Shown here: positions 10,397-20,421 of the stretch, one piece after another
Numbering within the stretch: the first letter of the stretch is position 1
How the letters are laid out: each line of letters opens with the position of its first letter
Assembly: GCA_964202905.1 (NCBI GenBank)
Contig: CAXNJO010000006.1
Location: forward strand, 128,001 to 192,000
Length of the DNA: 64,000 nucleotides
DNA from: Polyangiales bacterium
GTDB taxonomy: Bacteria; Myxococcota_A; Polyangia; Polyangiales; JADJQN01
Direction of reading: 5' to 3'
Made by a program: the position numbers and the translations under genes
Notes under the pieces: generated by a model
Told to the model about the DNA's origin: nothing
Seen by the model: the letters and a program-made list of their open reading frames with translations, nothing else
Databases searched by the model: none

Positions 10397-10565
10397 CCTA
10401 CTTCCTCCAGCTTGGCGGGGTCACCGCCCGACGTGGAGGCCTCCCCCCGCGCCTAACTCCGCTCCGGAGGTGGGTTTCACCCCGCGTCACGCAAGCCCGC
10501 CGACCACTGCTCGCGACGAGCGGTGATCGCGCGGCTACGTGCCTTGGACCCCCGAAAGCCGGGCG

Positions 10566-10593
10566 AGAATATGCGCGGGCGCGGGTGAGTCAA
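10566..10593 (-). promoter_or_regulatory. Candidate sigma-70-type promoter for the cold-shock gene
   Basis: Minus strand TTGACT-N16-TATTCT; implies a ~160-nt 5' UTR, as known for cspA-type genes. Confidence 0.5.
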
Positions 10594-10708
10594 GCGCTTT
10601 CCGAGGTGGGCGCGCGGCAGGGCGCAGCGCGCGGCGACGCGCGAGATCGCGCACACGGCGCGCGCGCGGCGCTGGTGCCCGGAGACGCCTGCGGCGTAGC
10701 ATCGGCCC

Positions 10709-13297
10709 GTGATCCCGACGCCCGTATCCCGCCTCCGCCTCGCCGCCTCCACGCTCTCGTTGTGCCTCGCGCTCGCTGCCTGCGGCGACGACGACGCGAC
10801 GCCCTCGCCCGATGCGGGGCTCGATGCGGGCTCCGACCTCGGGCCGCCGGTGCCGGTGAGCACCGCGCACTGCGCGTACGCGCCGCTGCCCGCGACGTCC
10901 CGCGCCGGCGGCACGGTGACGACGGGCACGATCCGCGCGGGCGTCGGCGAGGCGCGGCTCGACGCACCGGTCGGCACGGGGCTCGGGGCGTACACCGCGC
11001 GCGGCCTCGGTGAGAGCAAGGTGGACCGGCGCTTCATGGAGATCGCGGGCTCGTGGGCGCCCTCGGTGGGCATCCACACGGCGCCCCGCGCGAAGGCGCT
11101 CGCGCTCACCGCGGGCGACGAGACCGTCGTCCTCCTCGACCTCGACATCGGGGATGCGTTCGATGGGATGACGGTCGACATCGAGGAGGCGCTCGGGCCC
11201 GACTTCCACGGCAAGGTCGTCGTGCAGGTCAGCCACTCGCACTCGGGTTGGGGGCAGTTCACCGCCGACTACGCGCTGCAGGTGGGCTTCGGCGTCTTCC
11301 GCCGGACCGTCTACGACCGCATCGTCGAGCGCAGCGTCGCGGCGGCGCGTCAGGCGCTCGACAATCGCGTCGACGCAAAACTCGGCATCGGGCACGACGC
11401 GGACTTCGACCCGATGGACCGCGTCTCCCGCGACCGCCGCGGCGAGAACGACGGGCTCCCGCGCGGCGATCGCAAGGACACGGATCTCTTCGTGCTGCGC
11501 GTCGATCGCCTCGACGACACGCCGCTCGCGATCGTCCCGATCTTCGGCGTGCACGGCACCGTGACGGGCGGCGACAACCCGCTCGCCTCGACGGACGCGC
11601 TCGGCGCGATCGAGCGGGCGCTCGAGGAGTCGTTCGACGACGAGGTGTTCGTCATGCACCTGCAAGGCTCGGGCGGCGACGTCTCGCCCGCGGGCGACGC
11701 GGGCTTCGGCTGCGGCCGTGACTTCTGGTGCGCGTACGCGATCGCCGAGCAGGTCGGCATCAACGCGCGCGAGGAGATCCTCGCGCTCTGGACGGCCACG
11801 GCCGCGTCGATGCAGACCGAGACGAAGATGGAGATGCTCACGCGCGTGGTGCCGCTCGGGCCCGACTGGGAGACCTTCACGATCCGTGGCGGCGCGCTCC
11901 GCTACGCGCCCTGGGACGGTCGCCGGCGCTGCGATGGCGTCATCTATGATGGTGTCGGCGCCGTCGCCTCGCCGATCGACGAGTTCAACGCGCCGTACGG
12001 CGCGGCGCTCTGCGGCGATCCGAACATGGGCGCGCTGACCTTCCGCGGGAAACTCCCCGGCGCCGACGACCTCCCGATGTACCGCTCGTGCGTGAAGATC
12101 GAGGAGGCCGCGCCCGTGCTCGGCGGCGTGCTCGACCTGCCGCCCTTCGAGACGCCCGTCTGCGCGCAGACGCGCACGATGGTCTCCGCGCTGCGCATGG
12201 GCGACTGGCTCTTCACGACGATCCCCGGGGAAGCCACGCAGCTCCTCGCGGACGTCGTGCGCAACGGCTCGCCGTACCCCGGTGACCACACCATCGTCCT
12301 CGGCTACGCGCAGAGCAGCGTCGGCTACGTGCTCACGCCCGAGGACTGGCTGCTCGGCGGCTACGAGCCGAACATCACGTTCTGGGGGCCGCTCGAGGGC
12401 GAGTACGTCGCGGAGCGCCTGCTCGAGGTCGCCGCGCTCGCCGTCACCGACACGCGCGAGGACGGCACCGCGGGCGGCACGTCGCACTGGCCGACGCCGA
12501 CCGCGGCCGACACGCTGCCGCCCGTCGATCCCGCGCCGATGGCGGGCACCGTGCCCGCGTCGGTGCCGTCGCTCGTGTATTGGCGTCAGGAGATGGGCGA
12601 GACGCTCGCCGCCGCGCAGCCGCCCGCGACGCTGCCGCGCCTCGAGATCGCGCGCTTCGTGTTCATCGGCGAGGATCCGCTCGCGGGCACGCCGACGATC
12701 ACCGTCGAGCGCGAGAGCGAGACCGTGCCCGGCACCTTCGCGGCGCTGCGCCGCCGCAGCGGGCGCGTCGTCGACGACGAGGACGTGCTGCTCCTGCACA
12801 CGCCCTCGCCGCTCGTGCGCGTCGGCACCGACCCGCGCACGCACTACTGGGTCGCCGAGTGGCAGGCCGTGCCGCCGACGGGCGACGCTGCGCTCCCGGC
12901 CGTCGCGGATCGCGCGGGCCTGCCGCTCGGGCGCTACCGCTTCCACGTCGAGGGCACGGGCTACGCGCTCGACAGCGCCCCCTTCGAGATCGTAACCGCG
13001 ACGCTCACGGGCAGCGCGTCCCGCGCCGGCACGACGCTCTCGCTCTCGGGGCTGGCGCACCCAGCCGTCGCAAAGGGCTGGCGCATGATCGAGCGGCGCA
13101 CGCGCCCCGGCGACGCCGCGCCGCTCCGCACCGGCACCGTGCGCGTGCAGCTCCGCGCGGGCGGTACGGCGCTCGGCGCCGAGCAGGACACCACCGTCAG
13201 CGATGGCAGCGCGTCGCTCACCGCGGCCGAGGTCTCGATGGCCGACACCGCGGTCGTCACCGATCGCTTCGGCAACACCGTCACGCTCACGCTCTGA
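10709..13297 (+). CDS. Neutral/alkaline ceramidase-family lipoprotein
   Basis: Lipobox LAAC; SHSHSG metal motif, VHGT, LQGSGGDVSP, TIPGE, GY...GGYE. Confidence 0.8.
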   Translation: MIPTPVSRLRLAASTLSLCLALAACGDDDATPSPDAGLDAGSDLGPPVPVSTAHCAYAPLPATSRAGGTVTTGTIRAGVGEARLDAPVGTGLGAYTARGLGESKVDRRFMEIAGSWAPSVGIHTAPRAKALALTAGDETVVLLDLDIGDAFDGMTVDIEEALGPDFHGKVVVQVSHSHSGWGQFTADYALQVGFGVFRRTVYDRIVERSVAAARQALDNRVDAKLGIGHDADFDPMDRVSRDRRGENDGLPRGDRKDTDLFVLRVDRLDDTPLAIVPIFGVHGTVTGGDNPLASTDALGAIERALEESFDDEVFVMHLQGSGGDVSPAGDAGFGCGRDFWCAYAIAEQVGINAREEILALWTATAASMQTETKMEMLTRVVPLGPDWETFTIRGGALRYAPWDGRRRCDGVIYDGVGAVASPIDEFNAPYGAALCGDPNMGALTFRGKLPGADDLPMYRSCVKIEEAAPVLGGVLDLPPFETPVCAQTRTMVSALRMGDWLFTTIPGEATQLLADVVRNGSPYPGDHTIVLGYAQSSVGYVLTPEDWLLGGYEPNITFWGPLEGEYVAERLLEVAALAVTDTREDGTAGGTSHWPTPTAADTLPPVDPAPMAGTVPASVPSLVYWRQEMGETLAAAQPPATLPRLEIARFVFIGEDPLAGTPTITVERESETVPGTFAALRRRSGRVVDDEDVLLLHTPSPLVRVGTDPRTHYWVAEWQAVPPTGDAALPAVADRAGLPLGRYRFHVEGTGYALDSAPFEIVTATLTGSASRAGTTLSLSGLAHPAVAKGWRMIERRTRPGDAAPLRTGTVRVQLRAGGTALGAEQDTTVSDGSASLTAAEVSMADTAVVTDRFGNTVTLTL

Positions 13298-13313
13298 ACG
13301 GTTCGCGCAGAGG

Positions 13314-14693
13314 TCAGCGCGCGAACATCGCCGCCATCATGTCGCGCGTCAGCACCTCGGTGAGGCGCTGGTCGGTGAGCACGCTCATCTTCGCGCCGCC
13401 GTAGGCGCGCGAGTAGCGGTCGAGGTAGACGAGCTGCTTGGTGACGAGCACGAGGTCGCGCGGCATGCGCAGGCCATGCGCGCGGCCCGTGCGCACCATC
13501 GCAGGCACCAGGTCGCGGAGCTGCAGGCCCGAGTCGCCGTCGCTCATCGGCGCGAACGTGCGGCCGAGGTGCGCGACGAGCGCCGCGCGGTCGAGCGTCA
13601 CGCCGGGCAGCACCGCGCCGAGCCCGACCATCGCGTCGGCGACGCGCCCGTAATCGCGCTGCTGAAAGCCGATCACGTACTCGAGCACGGCCGTGCGCTC
13701 GCCGCCGTGAAAGCGCCCGACGATGCCGAAGTCGAGGAAGCCGATGCGCCCGTCGTGGAGGAGCATGAAGTTCCCCGCGTGCACGTCGCCGTGGAAGAAG
13801 CCGCGCAGGATGAGCGACTGGAACCAGCCGCGGATGCCCTCCATCAGGCGCTCTTCCGGGTCGAAGCGGCTCGCGCGGACGGCGTCGTAGTCGTCGATGC
13901 GCAGGCCGCGGAAGCGCTCCATCACGAGCACGCGCGGCGTCGCGCGGAAGACCTCCGGCGCGGTGACGATGCGGTTGTCCATCGCGCGCATCACGTCGCG
14001 GAACTCGCCGATGCGCGCCGCCTCGCCGCGGAAGTCGAGCTCCTCGGCGAGGTTCGTCGCGAAGTCCTCGACGAAGGCGACGAGGCTCGAGCCGCGCGCG
14101 ATGGGGAAGAGCCGCTCGGCGACGAGCGCGAGCACGCGGAGGATGGCGACGTCGGCCGCGGCGCGCGCCGCGATGCCGGGGCGCTGCACCTTTACGACGA
14201 CCTCGCGCCCGTCGGGGAGCGTGCCGCAGTGCACCTGCGCGATGCTCGCGGCGGCGAGCGGCGCGGGCTCGAGCGATTCGAAGAGCGCCTCGACGCGCTC
14301 GCCCGTGTCCTCTTCGATCACGCGCCCGACCTCGGCGAACGAGAACGGCGGCACGCGGTCGAGCAGGACGCGGAACGCCTCCGAGTAGCGCTGCGGGAAG
14401 AGCGCCTCGCCCGAGGCGATCAGCTGGCCGAGTTTCACGTAGATGGGGCCGAGCCGCTCGAGCGCGAGGCGCGCCGCCGTCGGGCCGTCGGTGCCTTCGC
14501 TGAGCGCGCCGAAGACGGCGCGCAGGCCGTACCACGCGCTGATCGCGAGGACGACGACGAGGCGCAGCGCGACCTGCGCAGCGCGCGGACGGGCGAGGGT
14601 GGGACGGTGCGCCGCGGGTAGAGCATCCGGGGCGGAGGGCGTGTCGGCGCCGGCGTCCGGAGCGGCGGCAGACGTGGAGGTCGTGGCGGACAT
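13314..14693 (-). CDS. ABC1/UbiB (AarF) family atypical kinase
   Basis: LGPIYVKLGQ, AAASIAQVH, VVVKVQRP, EELDF, FFHGDVHAGN, LDFG. Start uncertain. Confidence 0.92.
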   Translation of the reverse strand: MSATTSTSAAAPDAGADTPSAPDALPAAHRPTLARPRAAQVALRLVVVLAISAWYGLRAVFGALSEGTDGPTAARLALERLGPIYVKLGQLIASGEALFPQRYSEAFRVLLDRVPPFSFAEVGRVIEEDTGERVEALFESLEPAPLAAASIAQVHCGTLPDGREVVVKVQRPGIAARAAADVAILRVLALVAERLFPIARGSSLVAFVEDFATNLAEELDFRGEAARIGEFRDVMRAMDNRIVTAPEVFRATPRVLVMERFRGLRIDDYDAVRASRFDPEERLMEGIRGWFQSLILRGFFHGDVHAGNFMLLHDGRIGFLDFGIVGRFHGGERTAVLEYVIGFQQRDYGRVADAMVGLGAVLPGVTLDRAALVAHLGRTFAPMSDGDSGLQLRDLVPAMVRTGRAHGLRMPRDLVLVTKQLVYLDRYSRAYGGAKMSVLTDQRLTEVLTRDMMAAMFAR

Positions 14694-14832
14694 CGGGTTC
14701 CGCGGAACGTACGGCGTCCCCATCGAGAACGCGACGGCCTGCGCGGCGCATCGTGCGGCCCGAGTCGCTGCGCGTGGGCGCCAGTGGTTCAACCAGTGTG
14801 GAGCCGCTCCCCGTCACCCGCGCGCGGCGCGT

Positions 14833-15906
14833 TCAGATCCCGCTGCCGTCCTTGTAGACCTGCCAGCGGCGCGGGCGCAGCGCGACGTCGTCCCCGACCT
14901 CGACGGGCCACGCGGCGTACTCGCTGCGCGTGAGCTCGACGTCGACGGGACCGCTCGCCCCCTCCGCCGTGAGCTCGAGCCGCACGAGCGGACCCGCGAG
15001 CTGCACGGCGACCACCTTCGCGGGGAGCGCCTCGCGCCCGCCGTGGTGCGCGGGGACGACCTCGAGATCGTGCGGGCGCACGTAGGCGATGGCCTTCGCG
15101 TCGTCGGCGTCGTCGTGCGCGGGGGCCGCGAGGTGCACGCCGGCGGCGCTCGCCATGCCCTGGTGCACGCGGCCCTCGAAGCGGTTGGCCTGCCCGAGGA
15201 ACTCGAAGACGAAGGGCGTCGCGGGCTTGTCGTAGACCTCGTGCGGCGGTCCCTCCTGCACGATGCGGCCGCGCTCGACGATCACGACGCGGTCCGAGAC
15301 CTCGAGCGCTTCCTCCTGATCGTGGGTGACGAAGACGCTCGTGACGTGCAGCTCGTCGTGCAGCCGGCGCAGCCAGCGGCGCAGGTCCTTGCGCACCTTC
15401 GCGTCGAGGGCGCCGAAGGGCTCGTCGAGCAGCAGCACCTTCGGCTCGACGGCGAGCGCGCGGGCGAGCGCGACGCGCTGGCGCTGCCCCCCGGAGAGCT
15501 GCGCCGGGTAGCGCGGCGCGAGGTTCTCGAGCTGCACGAGCGAGAGCAGCTCGTGCACCTTCGCGGCGATGCGCGCCTCGGTCGGGCGCGTCTTCTTCGG
15601 CATGACGCGCAGCCCGAAGGCGACGTTCTCGAAGACCGTCATGTGCCGGAAGAGCGCGTAGTGCTGGAAGACGAAGCCCACGCCGCGATCGCGCGCGTCG
15701 CGGGCCGCGGCGTCCGCGCCGTCGAAGAGCACCTCGCCCTCGTCGGGCGTCTCGAGCCCCGCGAGGATGCGGAGGAGCGAGGTCTTGCCCGAGCCCGAGG
15801 GCCCGAGCAGCGCGACGAGCGTGCCCGTCTCGACGCGCAGGTTCACGCGATCGAGCGCGACGAAGCTGCCCCAGCGCTTCGAGAGGTTGCGGACCTCGAT
15901 GCTCAT
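14833..15906 (-). CDS. cysA: Sulfate/thiosulfate ABC transporter ATP-binding subunit
   Basis: [45 protein letters not shown]-terminal TOBE domain. Confidence 0.96.
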   Translation of the reverse strand: MSIEVRNLSKRWGSFVALDRVNLRVETGTLVALLGPSGSGKTSLLRILAGLETPDEGEVLFDGADAAARDARDRGVGFVFQHYALFRHMTVFENVAFGLRVMPKKTRPTEARIAAKVHELLSLVQLENLAPRYPAQLSGGQRQRVALARALAVEPKVLLLDEPFGALDAKVRKDLRRWLRRLHDELHVTSVFVTHDQEEALEVSDRVVIVERGRIVQEGPPHEVYDKPATPFVFEFLGQANRFEGRVHQGMASAAGVHLAAPAHDDADDAKAIAYVRPHDLEVVPAHHGGREALPAKVVAVQLAGPLVRLELTAEGASGPVDVELTRSEYAAWPVEVGDDVALRPRRWQVYKDGSGI

Positions 15907-16730
15907 CGACTCTCCCTCGCCTCGACGAGGCGCTTGACCACGAGCGTGACCAGACCGAGCAGCGCGAGCAGCGACGCCACCGCGAACGCGCCGACGAAGT
16001 CGTATTCGTCGTAGAGGATCTCCACGTGCAGCGGCAGCGTGTTGGTGTGCCCGCGGATGTGGCCCGAGACGACCGACACCGCGCCGAACTCGCCCATCGC
16101 GCGCGAGGCGCAGAGCACGACGCCGTAGAGCAGCCCCCACTTGATCTTGGGGAGCGTGACGCGGAAGAAGGTCTGCCAGCCGCTCGCGCCGAGCACGAGC
16201 GCGGCCTCTTCTTCTTCGTTGCCCTGCGATTGCATGAGCGGGATGAGCTCGCGCGCGACGAAGGGGAACGTGACGAAGGTCGTCGCGAGCACGATGCCCG
16301 GCACCGCGAAGATGACCCGCACGCCGCGCTCGAGGAGCCACGGCCCGAGATAGCCCTGCGCGCCGAAGAGCACGACGAAGACGAGCCCGCTGATGATCGG
16401 CGAGACGGTGAAGGGCAGATCGATGAGCGTGAGCAGCAGCGTCTTGCCGCGGAAATCGAACTTCGTGATGGCCCACGACGCGGCGAGCCCGAAGAGCGTG
16501 TTGAGCGGCACGCTGACGCCCGCTGCGATCAGCGTGAGCCGGATGGCCGAGCGCGTCGCGGGGTCGCCGAGCGCGGCGAAGTAGGCGGCCGGGCCGTCGG
16601 CGAAGGCCTGCACGAACACGGCGGCGACCGGGATGATCAGGAACAGCGCGAGGAAGACGAGCACGAGCGCGATGAGCGCCGCGCGCACGAGCGGCGGCTC
16701 ACCCGGCGTGCGCGTCGGGCGGGCGTCCAT
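15903..16730 (-). CDS. cysW: Sulfate ABC transporter permease
   Basis: [47 protein letters not shown]. Confidence 0.95.
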   Translation of the reverse strand: MDARPTRTPGEPPLVRAALIALVLVFLALFLIIPVAAVFVQAFADGPAAYFAALGDPATRSAIRLTLIAAGVSVPLNTLFGLAASWAITKFDFRGKTLLLTLIDLPFTVSPIISGLVFVVLFGAQGYLGPWLLERGVRVIFAVPGIVLATTFVTFPFVARELIPLMQSQGNEEEEAALVLGASGWQTFFRVTLPKIKWGLLYGVVLCASRAMGEFGAVSVVSGHIRGHTNTLPLHVEILYDEYDFVGAFAVASLLALLGLVTLVVKRLVEARESR

Positions 16731-17560
16731 CACGGCTCCTCCCCGGTGCGGCGCCGCGTCCACGCCTGCGCCGCGTTGATCGCGACGAGCAGCACGAACG
16801 AGACGACGAGCAGCGCGAGCGCGATGGCCGTCGCGCCCGCGTAGTCGAACTGCTCGAGGCGGCCGACGATGAGCAGCGGCGCGATCTCGGTGCGCATCGG
16901 CATGTTCCCCGAGATGAACACCACCGAGCCGTACTCGCCGAGCGCGCGCGCGAAGGCGAGCGCGAAGCCCGCCACGAGCGAGGGCACGACGCGCGGGAAG
17001 ATCACGCGGCGGAAGGTCTGCCAGCGGCTCGCGCCGAGGCAGGCCGCGGCCTCTTCGACCTCGGGGTCGAGATCGAGCAACACGGGCTGCACCGTACGCA
17101 CGACGAAGGGCAGCCCGACGAAGGCGAGCGCGACGACGACGCCCGCCGGGCGAAACGCGATCTCGATGCCGAGCGGCTCGAGGTAGCGACCGAGCCAGCC
17201 GTGCTCCGAGTACACGTACGTGAGCGCGATGCCCGCGACCGCCGTCGGCAGCGCGAAGGGCAGATCGACGAGCGCGTCGACGAGGCGCCGGCCCGGGAAC
17301 GCGTAGCGCGCGAGCACCCACGCGACGAGCCCGCCGAACACCACGTTGATCAGCGCCGCGACGAAGGATGCGCCGAAGGACAAGCGATACGCGGCGAGGG
17401 CGCGCTCGGAGGCGATGACGTCCCACAGCCGCGCGGGGCTGAGCTCCGCCGCCTTCCACACGAGGCCCGAGAGCGGCACGAGCACGAGCGTGCACAGGTA
17501 GAAGACCGTGAAGCCGAGCGTGAGCCGGAAGCCCGGCATGTTGTTGCGCCGCCCGCTCAT
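16730..17560 (-). CDS. cysT: Sulfate ABC transporter permease
   Basis: DLPFALPTAVAG, PFVVRTVQP, EEAAA, RALGEYGSV, LEQFDY. Confidence 0.95.
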   Translation of the reverse strand: MSGRRNNMPGFRLTLGFTVFYLCTLVLVPLSGLVWKAAELSPARLWDVIASERALAAYRLSFGASFVAALINVVFGGLVAWVLARYAFPGRRLVDALVDLPFALPTAVAGIALTYVYSEHGWLGRYLEPLGIEIAFRPAGVVVALAFVGLPFVVRTVQPVLLDLDPEVEEAAACLGASRWQTFRRVIFPRVVPSLVAGFALAFARALGEYGSVVFISGNMPMRTEIAPLLIVGRLEQFDYAGATAIALALLVVSFVLLVAINAAQAWTRRRTGEEP

Positions 17561-18672
17561 CGGCGCCCCGGCTGGTAGATGCGATCGAACACGCCGCCCT
17601 CGTCGAAGTGCTTCGCCTGCGCGGCGGCCCAGCTCCCGGCGACCTCGTCGAGGGTGAAGAGGGTGAGCGTGGGGAACGTGTCGCGGTGGCGCGCGCGCAC
17701 GGTCTCGCTCTGCGGGCGGAAGTAGTGCGACGCGCCGATCTGCTGGCCCTCTTCGGTGAAGAGGAACTCGAGGTAGGCGCGCGCGACGGCCTCGGTGCCG
17801 TGCTGCCGCGCGTATGCGTCCACCACGGCGACGGGCGGCTCGGCGAGGATGCTGTCGGTGGGGACGACCAGCTCGAAGTCGTCGCGCGTCGCGCGGCGCC
17901 GCGAGAAGAGCAGCGCCTCGTTTTCCCACGCGAGCAGGACGTCGCCGATCCCGTTGCGCGCGAAGGTCGTCGTCGCGCCGCGCGCCCCCGAGTCGAGGAC
18001 GGGCACGTGGCCGTAAAGCGCCTCGACGAACGCGCGCGCCTGCGCTTCGTCGCCCCCCGCGGCGCGGAGCGCGTGGCCCCACGCGGCGAGGTAGACCCAG
18101 CGCGCGCCGCCCGAGGTCTTCGGGTTCGGCGTGATGACCTCCACGCCGGGGCGTACGAGGTCCTCCCAGCGCCGGATCCGCTTCGGGTTCCCGCGGCGCA
18201 CGAGGAAGACGATGGTCGAGGTGAAGGGCACCGATCGGTGCGGGAGCCGCCCGGCCCACGATGCGGGCAGGAGCGCGCCGCGCTCGGCGAGCACGTCGAT
18301 GTCCTGCCCGCAGCCGAAGGTGACGACGTCGGCGTCGAGCCCGTCGAGCACGGCCCGCGCCTGTTTGCCGGACCCGCCGTGCGACTGGAGGATCTCCACC
18401 GCGCGTCCGGTGCGCGCGCGGTATTGCGCCGAGAACGCCTCGTTGATCGCCGTGTAGAGCTCGCGCGTCGGGTCGTACGAGACGTTCTTCAGCACGATGG
18501 CGCCGCTCGCGCCGTCGCACGACGCGAGCACGCCCAGCGCGAACACGCCGAGCAGGAACGCGCGCCGGACGAGACGGCCCGCTCTGCTGCGCGCCGTTCG
18601 TTCGCACGCACGCCCGCCGTCCGCCGGGCTGGCGGGCGCGTGCACGTCGAGGGAATCATGGAAGAGGGTCAT
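17557..18672 (-). CDS. sbp: Sulfate-binding protein (Sbp/CysP family), lipoprotein-like N-terminus
   Basis: NVSYDPTRELY, QSHGGSGKQAR, NPKTSGGARW, DSGARGAT, WENEA; LASC lipobox-like. Start uncertain. Confidence 0.93.
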   Translation of the reverse strand: MTLFHDSLDVHAPASPADGGRACERTARSRAGRLVRRAFLLGVFALGVLASCDGASGAIVLKNVSYDPTRELYTAINEAFSAQYRARTGRAVEILQSHGGSGKQARAVLDGLDADVVTFGCGQDIDVLAERGALLPASWAGRLPHRSVPFTSTIVFLVRRGNPKRIRRWEDLVRPGVEVITPNPKTSGGARWVYLAAWGHALRAAGGDEAQARAFVEALYGHVPVLDSGARGATTTFARNGIGDVLLAWENEALLFSRRRATRDDFELVVPTDSILAEPPVAVVDAYARQHGTEAVARAYLEFLFTEEGQQIGASHYFRPQSETVRARHRDTFPTLTLFTLDEVAGSWAAAQAKHFDEGGVFDRIYQPGRR

Positions 18673-18676
18673 GCGA

Positions 18677-20197
18677 TCAGGTGCGCAGCGTGAGCATCAG
18701 GAGGGCGAGGTTCTCGGCGCTGCGATCGCCGCCGCGCGCGCCGCCGCGGAAGGTCGTGCGTTCGCCGTCGACCTGCAAGCGCATGTGCCGGTTCACGGAC
18801 CAGCTCAGACACACACCGAGGTTGAGCGCGTCCGACACGCTCGCGTCCGGATTGGCGAGCGCGGGGAAGGCCCCAGCGCCGACGTGGAAGCGCTGCACGC
18901 GCGCGGCGAGCTCGAAGGCGCCCCAGTGCCCCTGGGCCGGGTCGAAGGGCCTGCGCGGCTCGACGCCCCGCTCGTACGAGGAGGTGTCGTCGGTCAGCAG
19001 CCACGCGGCCATCGCGCTCCAGGCCGTCACCGACACCGCGCGTGTCGTGTCCGTGCCCGGCACGCGGTAGGTGTTCGAGGTCTCGACCAGCTCGGCGAAG
19101 AGCGAGAAGCGGCCGACGTACCAGTAGCCATCGAGCTCGAAGCGCCGCCGCGCGCCGTCCGCGAAGACCGCGGGGAGGCGCCCCGTGTCCGTCGTCGTCG
19201 CGCCGCGATACGCGAACATCGTCGCGCGCCCCGGCGTCGTGTAGGTCGGCGTCTGCGTCGCCGGGCCATCTGCGCCCTGCGCACGCCCGTACGACGCCGC
19301 GCCGCCGAGCGCGAGGCGCGCGAACGGTGAGTCCGGCACGTTCACGAAGGGCCGCACCAGCACGCGCCCGACGACGTCCTTCCCGTCATCGAGGTCGTCG
19401 TCGCCGTTGCGCCCGTCGGGGACGCCGTTGAAGAGGCCGAGTTGGTATTGGAACGCGCCGCCGAACAGCTCGCCCCATGCGACGACGCCGAGATCGCGGT
19501 TCGGTCCGACCATCGCGCCGAAGCTGCGCTCGGCGAGCGGGATCACCGGAAACCCCTGGAGCCGCTCGAGGCTGAAGGGCTGCTTCTGCTTGCCGACGCG
19601 CAGGCGAAATGCGGGCAGAAAGCGTACGTCCGCCCACGCGTCGAAGAGCGCGAGCTTCCCCTCGCCGCCCGCCTCGAGCATGAAGAGGTAGTCGACGACG
19701 CCAAAGAGCGTGCCCTCGAGCCGTGGCCGCACGCGCCGCAGCGAGAACGTGTCGACGGTCTGCCCTGCGTCGTCGCCGACCGCGACGCGCGCGAGCGCCT
19801 GCACCCAGAGGCTCGCGCGGAGGGCGTGGCGCCCGTCCGCCGTGGCGAGGGAGAGCCCGCTCTCCGGGGCGGTCGCGGTCCGCGTCGCGGACACGGTCGC
19901 GGGCACGGTCGCGGGCACGGTCGCGGGCACGGTCGCGGGCACGGCGGGGGACACGGCGGGGGACACGGCCTCGGGCGCTTGCACGTGCCGCGCCTGCCCG
20001 TCGTCGGGGCCCGGCTCGGACGCGTGCGTCGGCTCGCCGGAGGTCGCGTCGGGCGAGGCCCGGGTCGCGTCGCTCTGCGCGTGCGCGTGCGCGGGCCGCG
20101 CGTGCGCGGCGTGCAGGGCCAGCGCGAGCGCCAGGAGGCCGCCGTGCAGGACGGCGCGGTGCACCGCGGAGGTGCAGGGCGTGGCGACGGTCGGCAT
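18677..20197 (-). CDS. OprO/OprP-like anion-selective outer-membrane porin
   Basis: FSLRRVRPRLEG, GKQKQPFSLERLQ, PNRDLG, WGAFELAAR; signal peptide ending AHAQ; first gene of the sulfate operon. Start uncertain. Confidence 0.88.
   Translation of the reverse strand: MPTVATPCTSAVHRAVLHGGLLALALALHAAHARPAHAHAQSDATRASPDATSGEPTHASEPGPDDGQARHVQAPEAVSPAVSPAVPATVPATVPATVPATVSATRTATAPESGLSLATADGRHALRASLWVQALARVAVGDDAGQTVDTFSLRRVRPRLEGTLFGVVDYLFMLEAGGEGKLALFDAWADVRFLPAFRLRVGKQKQPFSLERLQGFPVIPLAERSFGAMVGPNRDLGVVAWGELFGGAFQYQLGLFNGVPDGRNGDDDLDDGKDVVGRVLVRPFVNVPDSPFARLALGGAASYGRAQGADGPATQTPTYTTPGRATMFAYRGATTTDTGRLPAVFADGARRRFELDGYWYVGRFSLFAELVETSNTYRVPGTDTTRAVSVTAWSAMAAWLLTDDTSSYERGVEPRRPFDPAQGHWGAFELAARVQRFHVGAGAFPALANPDASVSDALNLGVCLSWSVNRHMRLQVDGERTTFRGGARGGDRSAENLALLMLTLRT
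19884..19967. repeat. 12-bp tandem repeat (7 units) encoding a VPAT/VSPA linker in the porin
   Basis: gtcgcggacacg, gtcgcgggcacg x4, gcgggggacacg x2. Confidence 0.9.
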
Positions 20198-20211
20198 CGG
20201 CCGCGTGGCTG

Positions 20212-20228
20212 AGCACCCTCTGTACCAA
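20212..20228 (-). promoter_or_regulatory. Candidate sigma-54 (-24/-12) promoter of the sulfate operon
   Basis: Minus strand TTGGTACAGAGGGTGCT = GG-N10-GC, adjacent to a sigma-54 activator gene. Confidence 0.6.
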
Positions 20229-20236
20229 CGGACGAG

Positions 20237-20336
20237 CCGCCGCATTTCACGGCCATCCGCGCCCCATGATGGCCGAGTCCGTGAAATGACACGGATGATT
20301 CCGTTGCATGTCACGGTTTGCCATCACATGACACGG
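20237..20336. promoter_or_regulatory. Four palindromic candidate enhancer sites, consensus CCGTG-nnATnn-CACGG
   Basis: 20237 CCGCCGCATTTCACGG; 20279 CCGTGAAATGACACGG; 20301 CCGTTGCATGTCACGG; 20321 CCATCACATGACACGG. Confidence 0.7.
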
Positions 20337-20374
20337 ATTCGCGGTCTGTCCGAGGGGGAGCACGGCGCGGGACA

Positions 20375-20390
20375 CGGCACGGTGCGTGCT
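20375..20390 (+). promoter_or_regulatory. Candidate sigma-54 promoter of the activator gene
   Basis: CGGCACGGTGCGTGCT = GG-N10-GC with a GGCAC -24 box. Confidence 0.5.
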
Positions 20391-20421
20391 GAAGGCGGGG
20401 CCTGATGAAGCGAGCAGTCCG

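Noticed and set aside
19884..19967. Tandem repeats here and at 36628-36702 and ~63052-63110 as a possible CRISPR array
   Set aside because: Units of 12-15 bp abut with no spacers, are in frame within Pro/Ala-rich linkers, and no cas genes are present.
20243..20289. Long inverted repeat CATTTCACGG...CCGTGAAATG as a riboswitch or terminator
   Set aside because: Better explained by two of the palindromic enhancer sites; it lies upstream of the predicted promoters and has no U-tract.
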